From NCBI GenBank assembly GCA_013239625.1, contig MU054187.1:5963757-6027756 (forward strand): DNA of 64,000 nucleotides, read 5' to 3'. Positions 29,651 to 41,469 of the stretch are shown here, in pieces. A program made the position numbers and the translations under genes. Every line of letters begins with the position of its first letter. Within the stretch, counting starts at the first letter, position 1. This DNA comes from Lama guanicoe. Lineage: Eukaryota. Under the pieces are notes generated by a model, which was not told the origin of the DNA, made no database searches, and was given only the letters and a program-made list of their open reading frames with translations.

Positions 29651-30749
29651 ACATTGTATAACAGCCCTTGCTTTTCACTCTTAAAGGGCACATTGGTTGC
29701 ATAAACACTGCACCCATCATCTAATGGCTGGTCCCATGGGATAGACTCATGGTCCTTTCCAATAGTAAGTTTCTGTAGGACAGGTCCCAGGGATAGGTAG
29801 CTTTGTGACCACAGCCCCTTGACAGAACCTCCTGGGATTACAGTCCTTAACAAACGTTCTCACAAGGCTAACCGCAAAGAGAATATTGAATTTCAGTACT
29901 TTGACATGAATCACCACCTGCTTGAGGGAAAGTTACAAAATGAAGGACAAGTAATTGTCCCTGGCCACTCCCCAAGTCCTGCACGGGCACACGTAATAAG
30001 ACACAGCGGAGGTGTCAACGCTGCGGCCAGTTTCCACGTTTGTGCAAAAGTGAATTCTGTGCAGCGGCACCTCCCGGGGACTGGAGTGTGGCTATTTTAA
30101 TGCAAAATTAATTGTCAAACACATGGCTGCAGTGGACTTCTCCCCAGCGACGCTCTCACCCTCCAGCTAGTCATCTCACTCCTCTGTACCTAGTGAGCAA
30201 TATTCGAATGATCAAAAGTGATTTCAATATCTCAGACTCAAAACGCAATCCCTCTTGGTCAGCTTGCACCCTTTTTAATTTGTTCTTACTCGCTTGTTTT
30301 CACAACAGGAAGGACGTCATTGCTGAATTTGTGTTGTATCTCCAATTCCATTGTCAGCCCCATAATCGTCACAAGATCACAGTTCTACACATTTGATGTC
30401 TGCTTTATTTTTTACCAAGTTTGGGACTTGAGTAACATTAAAAATCGTATCATTAATGTCATATCAGGAAAGCCCTGGGCTGTGTCTATGATTTTTCATG
30501 AAATCTCAATGTACAAATGTTTCAAATTCTGAATAGCATCTTGATGTGTAAATTACTCTTGAAGCAGGAAGATGTAAAAGTAATATTCCTAGAGATTAAC
30601 TTTGCTTCTCTTGGGATGAGTTCTGCGTGTGCCAGGCAGTGAAGCAGCTGTCAGCCTCCCATAAACCCATGGCTTCAACATGACCTGCCACTGAAGGAGC
30701 GCAGGCCACCTTACCCCAAAACGTCTTCGTTCATAGGAATATAAGGATG

Positions 30750-31180
30750 CACTCACTTCCTAGGGCGGCCCTAACAAAGTGCCAGTGCCTGGGTCACTTA
30801 AAACAGCAGAAACTTACTCTTTCACAGCTCTGGAGGCTAGAAGCCTGACGTCAAATGTCAGGAGGCTTAAAGTCCAAGGTCAGGGTGTCGGCGGGGTTGG
30901 TCCCCTCCGAGGGCTGTGGGAGAGAACTGTTCTAGACCTCTCTCCTTGGTGGCTGCTTGTCCCTGTGTCACTTCACACCATCATCCCTTTATGTGAGACT
31001 TTGGGTCCCAGTCTCCTCTTTGTAAAGGACACCTGCCATGTGAAGTAAGACCCGCCCTGACAGCCTAATTTGAACTGGATTATTAGTTCCGTAAAGATTC
31101 CATCTCCAGATAAAGTCCCAGGTTAGGATTTTAACCTAGGAATTTGTGAGAGGAGGTCTGCCATTCAGCCCGTAGCAAAT
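30750..31180 (-). mobile_element. MLT1 (ERVL-MaLR) solo LTR
   Basis: ctagggcggccctaacaaagtgcca...cttaaaacagcagaaa...tcacagctctggaggctagaag...aaggacacc. Confidence 0.85.
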
Positions 31181-31624
31181 GTGGTTATGGGTTATGGGTT
31201 TCAGACAGTAAAAAAGGAAGGCCCTTGGGCCTTCAATCAGCCTAGTGTGTATTTATGGTCAGGCGGGGTTTGGGGAACACCACACGACCTGAACAGCTAG
31301 GTGAAGAGGCTGTAAAGAAAGCTCCCTCAGTGCTCCTTATTTTCATCTGTCCACTCAATCTAGAGAGAAGCTCAGCTGTGGACTAATCCCTTCCTAATTT
31401 TGAATGTCTCATTCTTAATCAAGACCCATTGGAGCCCCTGACCCTTTGCCACTGAGCCTCTGCAACATCTCGGGGCTGGGACGCGTGGGTCTCCCCGGAG
31501 CTGCCCCGTCTGAGGGCCACTTGTCATCTCAGCAGCCAGCACGGCCACCTGCATAACGGAATTCCTGGGGGCAACACGTGCAGCAGTGCTGAGCTCCCTC
31601 ATTCCTCATGCTCAACCAGAATAC

Positions 31625-32030
31625 TTTTTTCTTTCTTTTAAACCGAGGTGACATTCAGATAACATAAAACTAAGCATCGTAAAGTGAACAGCTCAGCAGC
31701 ACTGAGTATCTTCACCATCTGTGCAACCGCCCCTCTGTCTAGTCTCAGAACAGGTTCCTCGCCCCAGAGGAGACCCCGAACCTCTTCAGTAGGTAGTCCC
31801 CATCACCCGCTCCCCCAGCCCCTGGTGACCACCAGTCTGTGCTCTGTCTCTGCAGATTTACTTATTCTGGATGTTTCACATAAAAGGAGTCATACGCTAT
31901 GTAGCTGTCTGTGTCTGGCTTTTCTCATTAAGCGGAATGTTTCTGAGGTTCACGCACATTGTGATGTGTATCAGTACTTCATTCCTTTTTATGATTGACT
32001 AATATTCCACTGCATGGATATACCACAGAG
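31625..32030 (-). mobile_element. L1MB-like 3' end
   Basis: gaggtgacattcagataacataaaa...ttattctggatgtttcacataaa...gtatcagtacttcattcctttttatg. Confidence 0.85.
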
Positions 32031-35000
32031 TGTGTGTGAATCAGTCTGATTATCTGATAGTACCTGTTGCCAACCTAGTTCTGATTTTTCTACCCTGAAC
32101 AAACTCCTGGCTGGTGATGCAAGGGTGGGGACCAGGGCACCAACAGTATCTGCTCGATGACCCAGAATCTCAGCCCCTAGAAAAGATGACTTAACAACTT
32201 GAGGTATTTCTTTCCTGTTTCTTTCTGTGATGGTGTCTACCTACACTCCTTTATGCAAATGGGATCCCACAGAGCACAGAGCTTTTGTTCACTTCTTATA
32301 TGAGTCTTCCCACATCGTTACAGAATCTCCTTCGTTGTAGTGAGCCCGGGAGCCCCACCATCTAGTTCAAACGCAGGCTTGACTGCTTACCAGCAAGGGC
32401 TTGCTTCACCTCATCCAGGTTCCTCACTTATAAAATGGAAGGAATGATCGCCTGACCTCATACAGTGGCTGGGAGGGTAAAATGAGCTATTACATGGAAA
32501 GCTCTTAAAATTTTGCTTGGTACTTGGTAAGTACTCAAAAAATGTCACATGTTTTTCTACTCCCTGTTGATGGCGGTACCGTATTTCACTGTGTGGATGT
32601 GCTATCATGTATCTCATCATCCCCTTCAACAGACTAACTTTATAAGGACTTCAGACAATCATCATCACTCAGTTCACATCCTTCTAGTTAAATCTTTAAG
32701 CACAACAACCATTATTTCCTTAGAATACATTCTTAGAAATGAAATTACTGGTTCACAAAGTCTAGACATTATTAACAATTTTATATATGTAATTTCCTTC
32801 TAGAAATGTACCAATTTATATTCCAACTAGACCTGCTTCCTCTACTCTGTTACCAACAGTGGGAAATTTTATTTAAAAAATGTATTTTTGGCAACTTGAT
32901 GGGACCCCAAAAATCTCTAGTTTCAGTCATTTTTAGTAAGCAGTTCATCTTTTCTTCTTTACATTTAATTGCTTTAATTTCAGACAAGATTTTTATATGC
33001 ACATTTGGACCCGCTTCTGACATTTGTATTGTGTAATAGGTTTTTACATTTCCATGCTGACACTACCTCTCACAACCCCCAAAATTCTACTGGAATTTTA
33101 AAATGTTGTTTTAAATATATAGTTTAATTTGGGGGAACATTGACATTATTATGATACTAAATGTTCTCATCCAAGAACAAGATGTGTCTATCTGTGCAGC
33201 AAGGACTTTTAAGATAATGACATTCATTTTGAGGAGTTCAGTTGGTTTTCAAAAATCTGTAATTAATCTTACTTGTGAATTTTCAAATTCAGTGCATTTG
33301 GGGGAGGAAATTTCTGCCACTTTGCTTTTTATTTGCCCAAATCGAAGGCATTTTACAATTTCTAGTTATTTTTATCATTCTTCATTTATTTTTATTTTTC
33401 AACTGCTTGTTTTCTCTTCTATCCTTCTCTTAGTTCATTAGCCTAAAAACAGCCTTTCCTTTCTTTTAGCTGTAAAATGTCATCCAAAAATAAACAGCAG
33501 ATATTCACTCAGTATGCATTTGATTCAATTTAATATAAATGAACATTCAGCAAATACTGGGTATTTGCCAAGTAAATATAGTAAATCATATGAATGTGCC
33601 ACTTGGTAATATAATGAGATATTCTTTCATATTTAGCATTCAAATCGTTGAAAAATCATGACTATCAGAGTCCTTGCTTGTGGCCTAATCGAGTTTTCCA
33701 CGTGGTATCCTGCTCAGCAGGCAGGCACTTGTCCACTCCCTTAGCCTTGTCCCCAAGACGAACTGCACTGATTGGCTCCCTGGTCTATTCTACCTTAGAG
33801 ATGCTTTCAGATGCGTCCCCTCTGCAGACCACCTACCTGCCCAGGCTGGGTCCCAGTCCCCCTTCTCCAGCCTGGTTTGGTACCTCCTCCCAGCCATCTC
33901 AGCCTCTCTGGACTGATTCTCCGCCCCCCCTCAACAGTGTCACGACAGACACTTTTCTTGCTGTGAGGTCCATGCACTGACCTCAGGCATTTCAAACTAG
34001 AGGCGGCTCACTCACCCATCAACTATTTGAGGGCGGAGTCTGTGAGACACACGGTACTCAGCGCTGTGGGATTGGGGTTTTGCTATGCAAACAAATACCA
34101 AATTTTAAAAATTTAAGAAATTAATACAAGATTGCAATTAAAATTTTTTAGCCGCTTATGGACATTTTTTAAAAATTGCCACTATAAAAGCAAGGACTTA
34201 AATTATTTTATTTCTATTTTAAATTTGTATCTATTTTGAATGGATGATTCCAAAAGGCATGAAGGACGACAGTGACAAGTAAACGTCATTCCCACAGAGG
34301 CAAACACTGTTTCTTGAGGAAAGCCATTTTAACACCAATGAAGTAGGAAGGACATAATGTTACAGAAAAAGAGCTTTTTCCAAAAAAGGTACAGTTAGGA
34401 AAACAATATATGTCTCTATTTTTCCTTTTCTTATTCATCCATTTATTTTTTACAAGTATTTTTTACACCCCTTTAGGTCTGCTTGTCTGCGTGTTTTTTA
34501 TTTTAAAATAAAATTTCATTTATACAAGTAATCAATTAATGTAATATTAAAAAAAATGAAAAAGCACAGAAGTGTACAGAGTTAAAAGTAAGAGTATTCC
34601 ATCCAAAAACTAGCTATTGAAGTTGAAAATTTGGGATGTGTTCCTCTGTTTAATTTGTTGTGTGTGTGATATAAATAACACACCTATATGTATATATGTA
34701 TTATTCTGCAGCACACTTTTTTACCTAACAATATGTCTTGTATATATAGATTTATGTATTATATAAATGATTTTACTTAATAATGCCATATAACGTGAAT
34801 CTTGATTTTTTTTTACCATTGGTTAGTAATACATGAATTTTTTTCTTTTTTTCCTCCTCCTGTTGAATCAACACATCTGTACTGCTTACTGTGCATAATG
34901 CAGTCTTCTGTGCTTCATAACCACCCCAAGGAATAGGTACTCCTGGCATCACCATTTCATTAAGAAAACAGAGGTACAAAAAGGTTAAATACCTTGCCTA

Positions 35001-35322
35001 CAACCACAGTGCTAGTCAGTTGCAGAATAGATTAAAATTTTATTCTTAAGTTCCCTTACTAATAGGCTTGTTTCCAGTGTTTGGCTGTTTCACGTAGTGT
35101 GGCAGTACACATCCCAGAGACGTGGCCAGCACCTCGGAGGGGGCGCAGACCTGCCTGGCGGCCTGGACTTCTGACCTCTAGCAAGAAGGGAAGCCTGTGA
35201 ATTCACCGAGTCTGTGGTTCCTGCTACAGCAGCCCTAGAAACGAGGGCAGATTTTAGAGGTGAGACTCCTCCAGGAAATGACAACCACACCCCCCAGTTT
35301 TTTGTTTTGTTTTGTTTCTTAC

Positions 35323-35902
35323 CTTGCAGGTAATGCTATAATTTGAACTCCAGTATTAATCGGGCTCTGTGAGCTCAGCAGTCCTTTTTCAGTCCCCCCC
35401 AAATCTCCCACTCCCCGGAAACAGATGCTAACACAACATCCACAGTATCCAAGGGGGTTCCCACATCACCAGCTCCGGATCCTCCTGCTTGGTCCTCAGC
35501 TGGAGGTGGGGGTACGGGAGCTCTCAGCCAGGCCGCGAGCACCCACGGAGCCTGCGCACCTTGTTCTCATGCAGGTTCGGATCCCGCAGGTCCAGGCTCG
35601 GCCTGAGCTTCTGCATTTCCAGCATCACGTGGATGCTGCCGCTCACCCCAACAGGCTTCGGGCACCAAAGCTTTTAGTTCACGGCGCATCTGGGTCCAGT
35701 GGAAAACTGCGGGCTCTTTTACAAGAGAGTGAAGGTCAGATCTGGGGCAAGTGGGAAACAGGCTTCCCAAACCTGGGTGTGAATCGGGGGTAGAATCCCG
35801 CCAGCTCAGGGATGCTGGCTCTGACAGTGACAGGGGACAACACCCCTTCTCCAGGGTTATTTATTTTTATTGCCAAAGTCTTGTCTCTTGGATTCCAAGT
35901 TA
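35323..35902 (-). pseudogene. Decayed protein-coding exon of an unidentified minus-strand gene
   Basis: Acceptor tttcttcatcag| and strong donor AAG|gtaaga on the minus strand; 30/33 codons at 35646-35548 and 20/21 at 35523-35461 end in G/C in one frame; in-frame TGA at 35524-35526 and apparent frameshifts; no recognisable repeat. Confidence 0.5.
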
Positions 35903-37098
35903 CTGATGAAGAAACGGTTAAAATGCCTTGCATGAAATCATGGAGATTTTGTTATCAGCTCCACAGTTACCAGCTTGTCAGTGCCTCTGATTTCTCGCTG
36001 GGATTTCAAAGCTCTTCCTAAGTCCAGATGCCTTAAACAGTTAAAGATGCTTTACTAATAACAAAACTAGCCATTGTCATATTTAAATTAAGTAATAATT
36101 GAAAAGGCAGTCTACATTTTTTCACTTGCCCAACATCTAATTATTAAAGCAGAGAAACTAATCGTTCATAAAGTATTTAACTTATCACCTTCTTAGGAGT
36201 GATGGTGGGGTGGGATAAAATATAACCTAGTGTGGCTTTTTTATGTTAACATTTGACAACATGAGAAATGGACTTGGTCAGATTAGGAACAGCCTTACCC
36301 ATACGTCAGAAGCATGTACCTCAAGTAAGCGTTTGTTCCTTCTGAGGATACAGCATTAAATTCAACCGTAACCCCCCACTTCGTCACTAAGAAGCGGCGT
36401 GGGACACTGAGAGGGCCCCACCGTCCTGGGACTGCCTCTGTGCAGACAGTTCTCACACTGGGCACAGTCATTGAGTGCTTTTCTTGAGGGCTTTTTTATT
36501 ACTGTGAAGAAAACCGTTTTATTTCTACCACATGATCTGACACTAAAAATCATTAGAAAGAACTTAACAAAACCAAAGCCACGACAAAAAAACCCAATGT
36601 GTTGTGTATGCATCGTTTTTATGCTCGGGACGGGTTTTATTGTTTTTGGAACTATTACAAGACTTCTGTTAAACATGTTGAATGTTAAGAGGAAACAGAC
36701 TCTTGGCAAATGTGGAAAACCAATTACAGAAAACGTCTCTGCTAGGCCTGGAGAAACACAGGGAGGGACAGAAGAGCCCGTCCCCTGCCTTCTCCAACTG
36801 CTGAAAACACACAGTCCGTGCTGGTGCCTTAAGGAAGAACACAGCTGTTACAGCGTTGTCTTTACTTTTATTATATATGTAATATGCATGTATATTATAC
36901 ACATGTAATTTACATACATGTGTACAATATATTCATATTACCCATATGCAATTTATGACAAATTACAGGCAAAAAGCAGTAAAATGACATTTCTCAGTTA
37001 AATGGACTTATAACGTAGTACGGTAAAACATACAATTACTTTTCTTAAGGTAAATCTGATGTAAGGGAAGTACTCTTTCCAAAATAAATAATCCAGAG

Positions 37099-37227
37099 GG
37101 GGGACGGTATAACTCAACTGGCAGATTGCATGCTTAGTATGCATGAGGTCCTGGGTTCAATCCCCAGTACCTCCTCTAAAAATAAATAAATAAATAAACC
37201 TAATTACCTCCCCCCACCAAAAAAACC
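37099..37227 (+). mobile_element. tRNA-derived SINE (Vic-1-like)
   Basis: Same head and tail as other copies; TSD AAAATAAATAA(T/C)CCAGAG at 37081 and 37228. Confidence 0.9.
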
Positions 37228-39554
37228 AAAATAAATAACCCAGAGTATGATTACTTGCTCTACACAGATGTTTTAAAAACCCTCACCACTAATAAAGAGA
37301 TCAGATTACCTTAAATTTTAAACATTTGAATTAGAAATATTAATTTTAACTCAACTTTGGGAGCACACCTGTTGTAGACAGTGTGGTAAGAGCATACTAT
37401 CCTGTGAATATTAATGAAAAGATACACTTTTGTCTACATAAATACTGACAACATTGAAATCAAGGAAACTTCAATTTTGAATTGATTAAAATTTGAAAAA
37501 CTAGAAAGCTGATCCAGGGAAAAAAATCAACAGAGGCAATAAAACCTTTCCAGCTATGATTTAGCGACCATTTCACGATGTTCTTCCGTGTTTGGCCCTG
37601 TGCTGAGTTCCAAGACCTACAGGGGAACAAGACATGGTCTCTGACCTCAGGGAACCTCCGGTCTTGCTTGGAAAGGCAAGGCAGCAATTCAAACATGATG
37701 CGGTCTACGAACCGCAGAGGCAGCCCACGTGGAAGGGCCCAGGAATTCTTCACAGGGTGCTGGGGACAGAGGGAGCCGCATACTCGAGGGTCCAAGTGTG
37801 TGGGGAGGAGGAGGCGCTTGCCCAGTGAGAGGGAAGGGTGTAGGCAGACCAGGCCACAGACCACACTGGAAGAGCCGGTGGGGTCAGATCCCGATGGATG
37901 GCGGGGGCAGGCACAGCCAGGGGAGGGAAGGAGAGGCACGTTCCTTTGGGTTTTTTGACAGTACTTTCAAGAAGTGCGGGCCGACTGAAAGAAATTGACA
38001 AGCGAAGGCCTCTAGGGGCCAGCATCCCCACCAGAGGCTGAGGGGTTAGAGAGAGAAGGTGGCACTACCAGCGTCCAGTTGTGCGATGGAGCCAGGAAGA
38101 CGGCGGCCACCTGTTGAGTGCTAAGTACAGCACAAAGAGAAGTAAGAGTAGGTGCTTGTTATTAGATTTTAAATAGCTTTATACATTTGTAAGCTGTTTT
38201 AGTAGTTGGATTTGAGAAATATCAGGTGGTAAGAGCTTAACTGTGGAACTTTGTAAAAAATAATAATAAAAATAAAAAGACAACCACTAGCTAATAAAGA
38301 GGCCAGATGGTTCTCTCTGGGGTCTCCTCTGCCCCGCTGGGCACCTTGGCTGGTAAGACCCTGCTCGCGGCCGTGCCCGTCACCCACTGGTGGCAGTGGG
38401 ACTTGGTGGGTCAGGCTCATCAGACGCTGTGCCGTCCTCCACGCTGCTCTGGGGGCTTCCCTGCCCGTGTTCCACCAGAGATGGGGAACGGCCTGTTGGC
38501 CAAGGACAAAGGGCGCTGAGTGCTGGCTGCAAGCGCTGATGGGAGTGGGAGGCCCACTGAATACAATCTTTTATCCCTCTCAGCCCCCAGAACCTCAAAT
38601 CCAACACTGATCCTTAATCACAAAAGTTAAACAGACTTAGCCAACTCAATTTCCAGTGATAATGAGCATCAGAAATCACATGGATTAATGAGTCACAAAT
38701 GATCCCCTTCAGAATAATTTTATTTCTAATTTCTTAACCCTCCTGACACAGGCCCTTGGAACAAGCCAGACAGGGATGGAGACAGGCTGCCGTCTCTCCA
38801 CCTGTCTTTGGCGGAGCTACAGATGAACACTATAATGTCTACCAGCGATGGAACCAGCACCTAGCAGACCGAGGTAAATCTGTACCTTTAATTGTCTTCA
38901 AGGATGTGCCACTTCTCAGCCAAAGGTACAGACTGAAGAAGAAAGGCCAAAAAAAAAAAAGTCTTAAAGGCATAGCCCTTTGCCTCAGCTTTATGCTACG
39001 AAACCCCCCAAATTCCTGTCCTTCATTCCTGATTCCTCCTCCCTTCTCCATCTTCGGAAGCACTGGCTGACCTGTAAACATTCGGCCAATAACTGGATGA
39101 TTGAGTAGTGCCAGCATCTTTTCTGGGACTGACACCAATCAGATGCAGCTAACACAGTCTGTACGTATTATAGGGGACCTGAGAAGCAGTACGTCTGAAA
39201 GAATTAAAAAGAGGGGAAGGAAAAAAACAACAAAAGACAGATGAGCAGACGGTGAGAAGATTTACTCATGTGCTACTGTCCATGTAGGTGTCTGAAAGAG
39301 AACAGAAGATGCAAATTTGAGGGGTGTTTCTCTTGTAAAATGATGGGGTGCTTGACTTTCTGTAGCAAAGTAAATGCAGATGGCAATCTTGTATCTACAT
39401 GGTCACCTGGAAGATAAGTGAATGAAAGGACTAATGCAAAAATACTTACACGTATAACTGTCAAAAAGAACGGATTAAAAAATAGATTAATAATCATATC
39501 CATAGAAATAATTGTCTGTCTACTGAGTGAGAACACAGAGCCAACTGCTTCGAA

Positions 39555-39790
39555 CAAAGTCAGACAGGATATTAGGCCTGATTTCCAGCTCTACACCCAC
39601 CAGTGTGTGACCTTGGGCAAGCTCTCTGCCCTCCAGAGCTTCAGCTACTGAATCTTTTCAATGGGGATAACTGTACCTGCTCCCAAGGTTTTTATGAAGA
39701 TCAAAAAAGATACAAAAAAAAATCGGAAAAAAAATCAAAGATACTAACAACAGGGTTTAGCATATACCAAGTGTTCCATAAATATTATCA
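39555..39790 (+). mobile_element. MIR
   Basis: tgtgtgaccttgggcaag...ctcagc...aatggggataac MIR core. Confidence 0.7.
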
Positions 39791-41469
39791 CTCTATACAG
39801 ACTAACCTGTATAGTTATACATCAAATACCAAAGCAAAAATCTTAAGGAAAAAAGCTTGCTGGAAAAGTCTCAAAATTATTTGGTAAGACATTTCATGCC
39901 TTATAAACCGTATCATGCATTACCTGCTGTTCATGTTCATCAGAAACAACTTAGTTTTATTTCACTCAGCTTAACCTATAAATTTTAGTGTAAAATCCGT
40001 TTAATTAGAAAAATCAACAATTTAAAATACTAGAAGTCTAAATAACCAAAAGTAAATTTGCTTCACTCACAGACACGCACACAACTATTCATGTTTCACT
40101 TCAGGAGACAGCTAGAATCTCTATGCTGATGTTTTCTGCTTTTTCATTCTTTATTATGACTGGTGAGGGTGAGAAGCCCAGAATAATTGTCATTTGAGGA
40201 AGCTGCAACAATGTCTAAAATTTTTCCTTGTGTTTCTTCTCTATTCCATACTCCCCCCCCAAAAAAAGGAGTGGGGAGCATATCAAATTAGTATAATTTT
40301 AAGGAAAGTCTGTAAAATAAATTTATCTAAGATCAAATCTGGTTTAGTGGAAACCCCTCTATTAAGGAATGAGGTCATGTCTCTTGCAATGAATCATGTC
40401 CATTAAATTTATCTTCTTTTCTGAATACTTTCCTTCCTTTATTTGTCATTTCCAAGTCTCTAATTCTTGATGATTGCTTAGTTAAATGAAATCACTGATT
40501 TTTAAAAAAAGTTTTTTTAGTGGTAAATTTTTACTTTTATTATTATTATTTTTAATATTTTTTATTGATTTATAATCATTTTACAATGTTGTGTCAAATT
40601 TTTTTTTAATTTTGAAGAGGGCATGAAACTGAAGCTATTAACATATTATCTACATCAACATGTCTTCTTTTAATGTTATAATAATTTTTCCTATCCAGTT
40701 TCCTAGAAAATAAATACAAACTCAATTTTATTCAAAACTCTCCAAACATTTTCCATTTCTGCATCTCTTGTTTCATGTGTGTCCTCTCACCTTTGCCATC
40801 TTCCTACTCTTTTGATACTGGGAACAAAATAGGGAAGATGATTATTCCTTATTATAATATTCCATTACATAAAAAACTTCTCTTCCCACTGACTAATAAC
40901 TGATTCATCTCCACACATTTCTCCACTGTTCATTTTCCTTTGCTCCAAAATTACACATAAAAGAATCGCAACTCCACTTAAATAACTCCCCCATATTTTC
41001 AAAGACAATCTGAGAACTGTAATCTCAAGGGGTCTTTAAAAGGTCTCATCTAGTCTAAAGCCTTGAGATATGATCCAATACATAGGACATATCAGGATTT
41101 TACATCTAGAATCAGAACCAGAGTTGATTTAACAATGGAAGCAAACTTGGAAAGCCACCAGCCCAGCGTCCTCTCTTTCACGTGTAAGGAAACTAAGACC
41201 AGAGTTGTACTGTCTAGAACAAGGCTATTTCATATATGTGTGTACGTCTATGTAACAATTAGGGCTTAAATTTTTATAAAGGATATTCAGGTGAACTAGC
41301 ATAGATCCTAATGAAAGGAATCTTGAAAACAAAACTAAGCCCTTTTTATAATTAATTTTTAATCTTCACACACACGATTTTATTTCCTAGTCGAGAATGA
41401 TTTTGTATTCTGAAACAGCACCTTTATTCCAGCCTCAGATTCCATGCTCTCGGAAGAGTTACGTTTTCC

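Noticed and set aside
35425..35793. 122-aa plus-strand ORF as a gene
   Set aside because: His/Gln/Leu/Val-rich composition fits the antisense shadow of the biased minus-strand frame
35736..35800. PRFGK as an RFamide neuropeptide motif
   Set aside because: Single short motif with no signal peptide or precursor architecture; likely chance
38830..38890. IYLGLLGAGSIAGRHY, a Rossmann-like motif in one minus frame
   Set aside because: Isolated and flanked by stops; not enough to call an oxidoreductase
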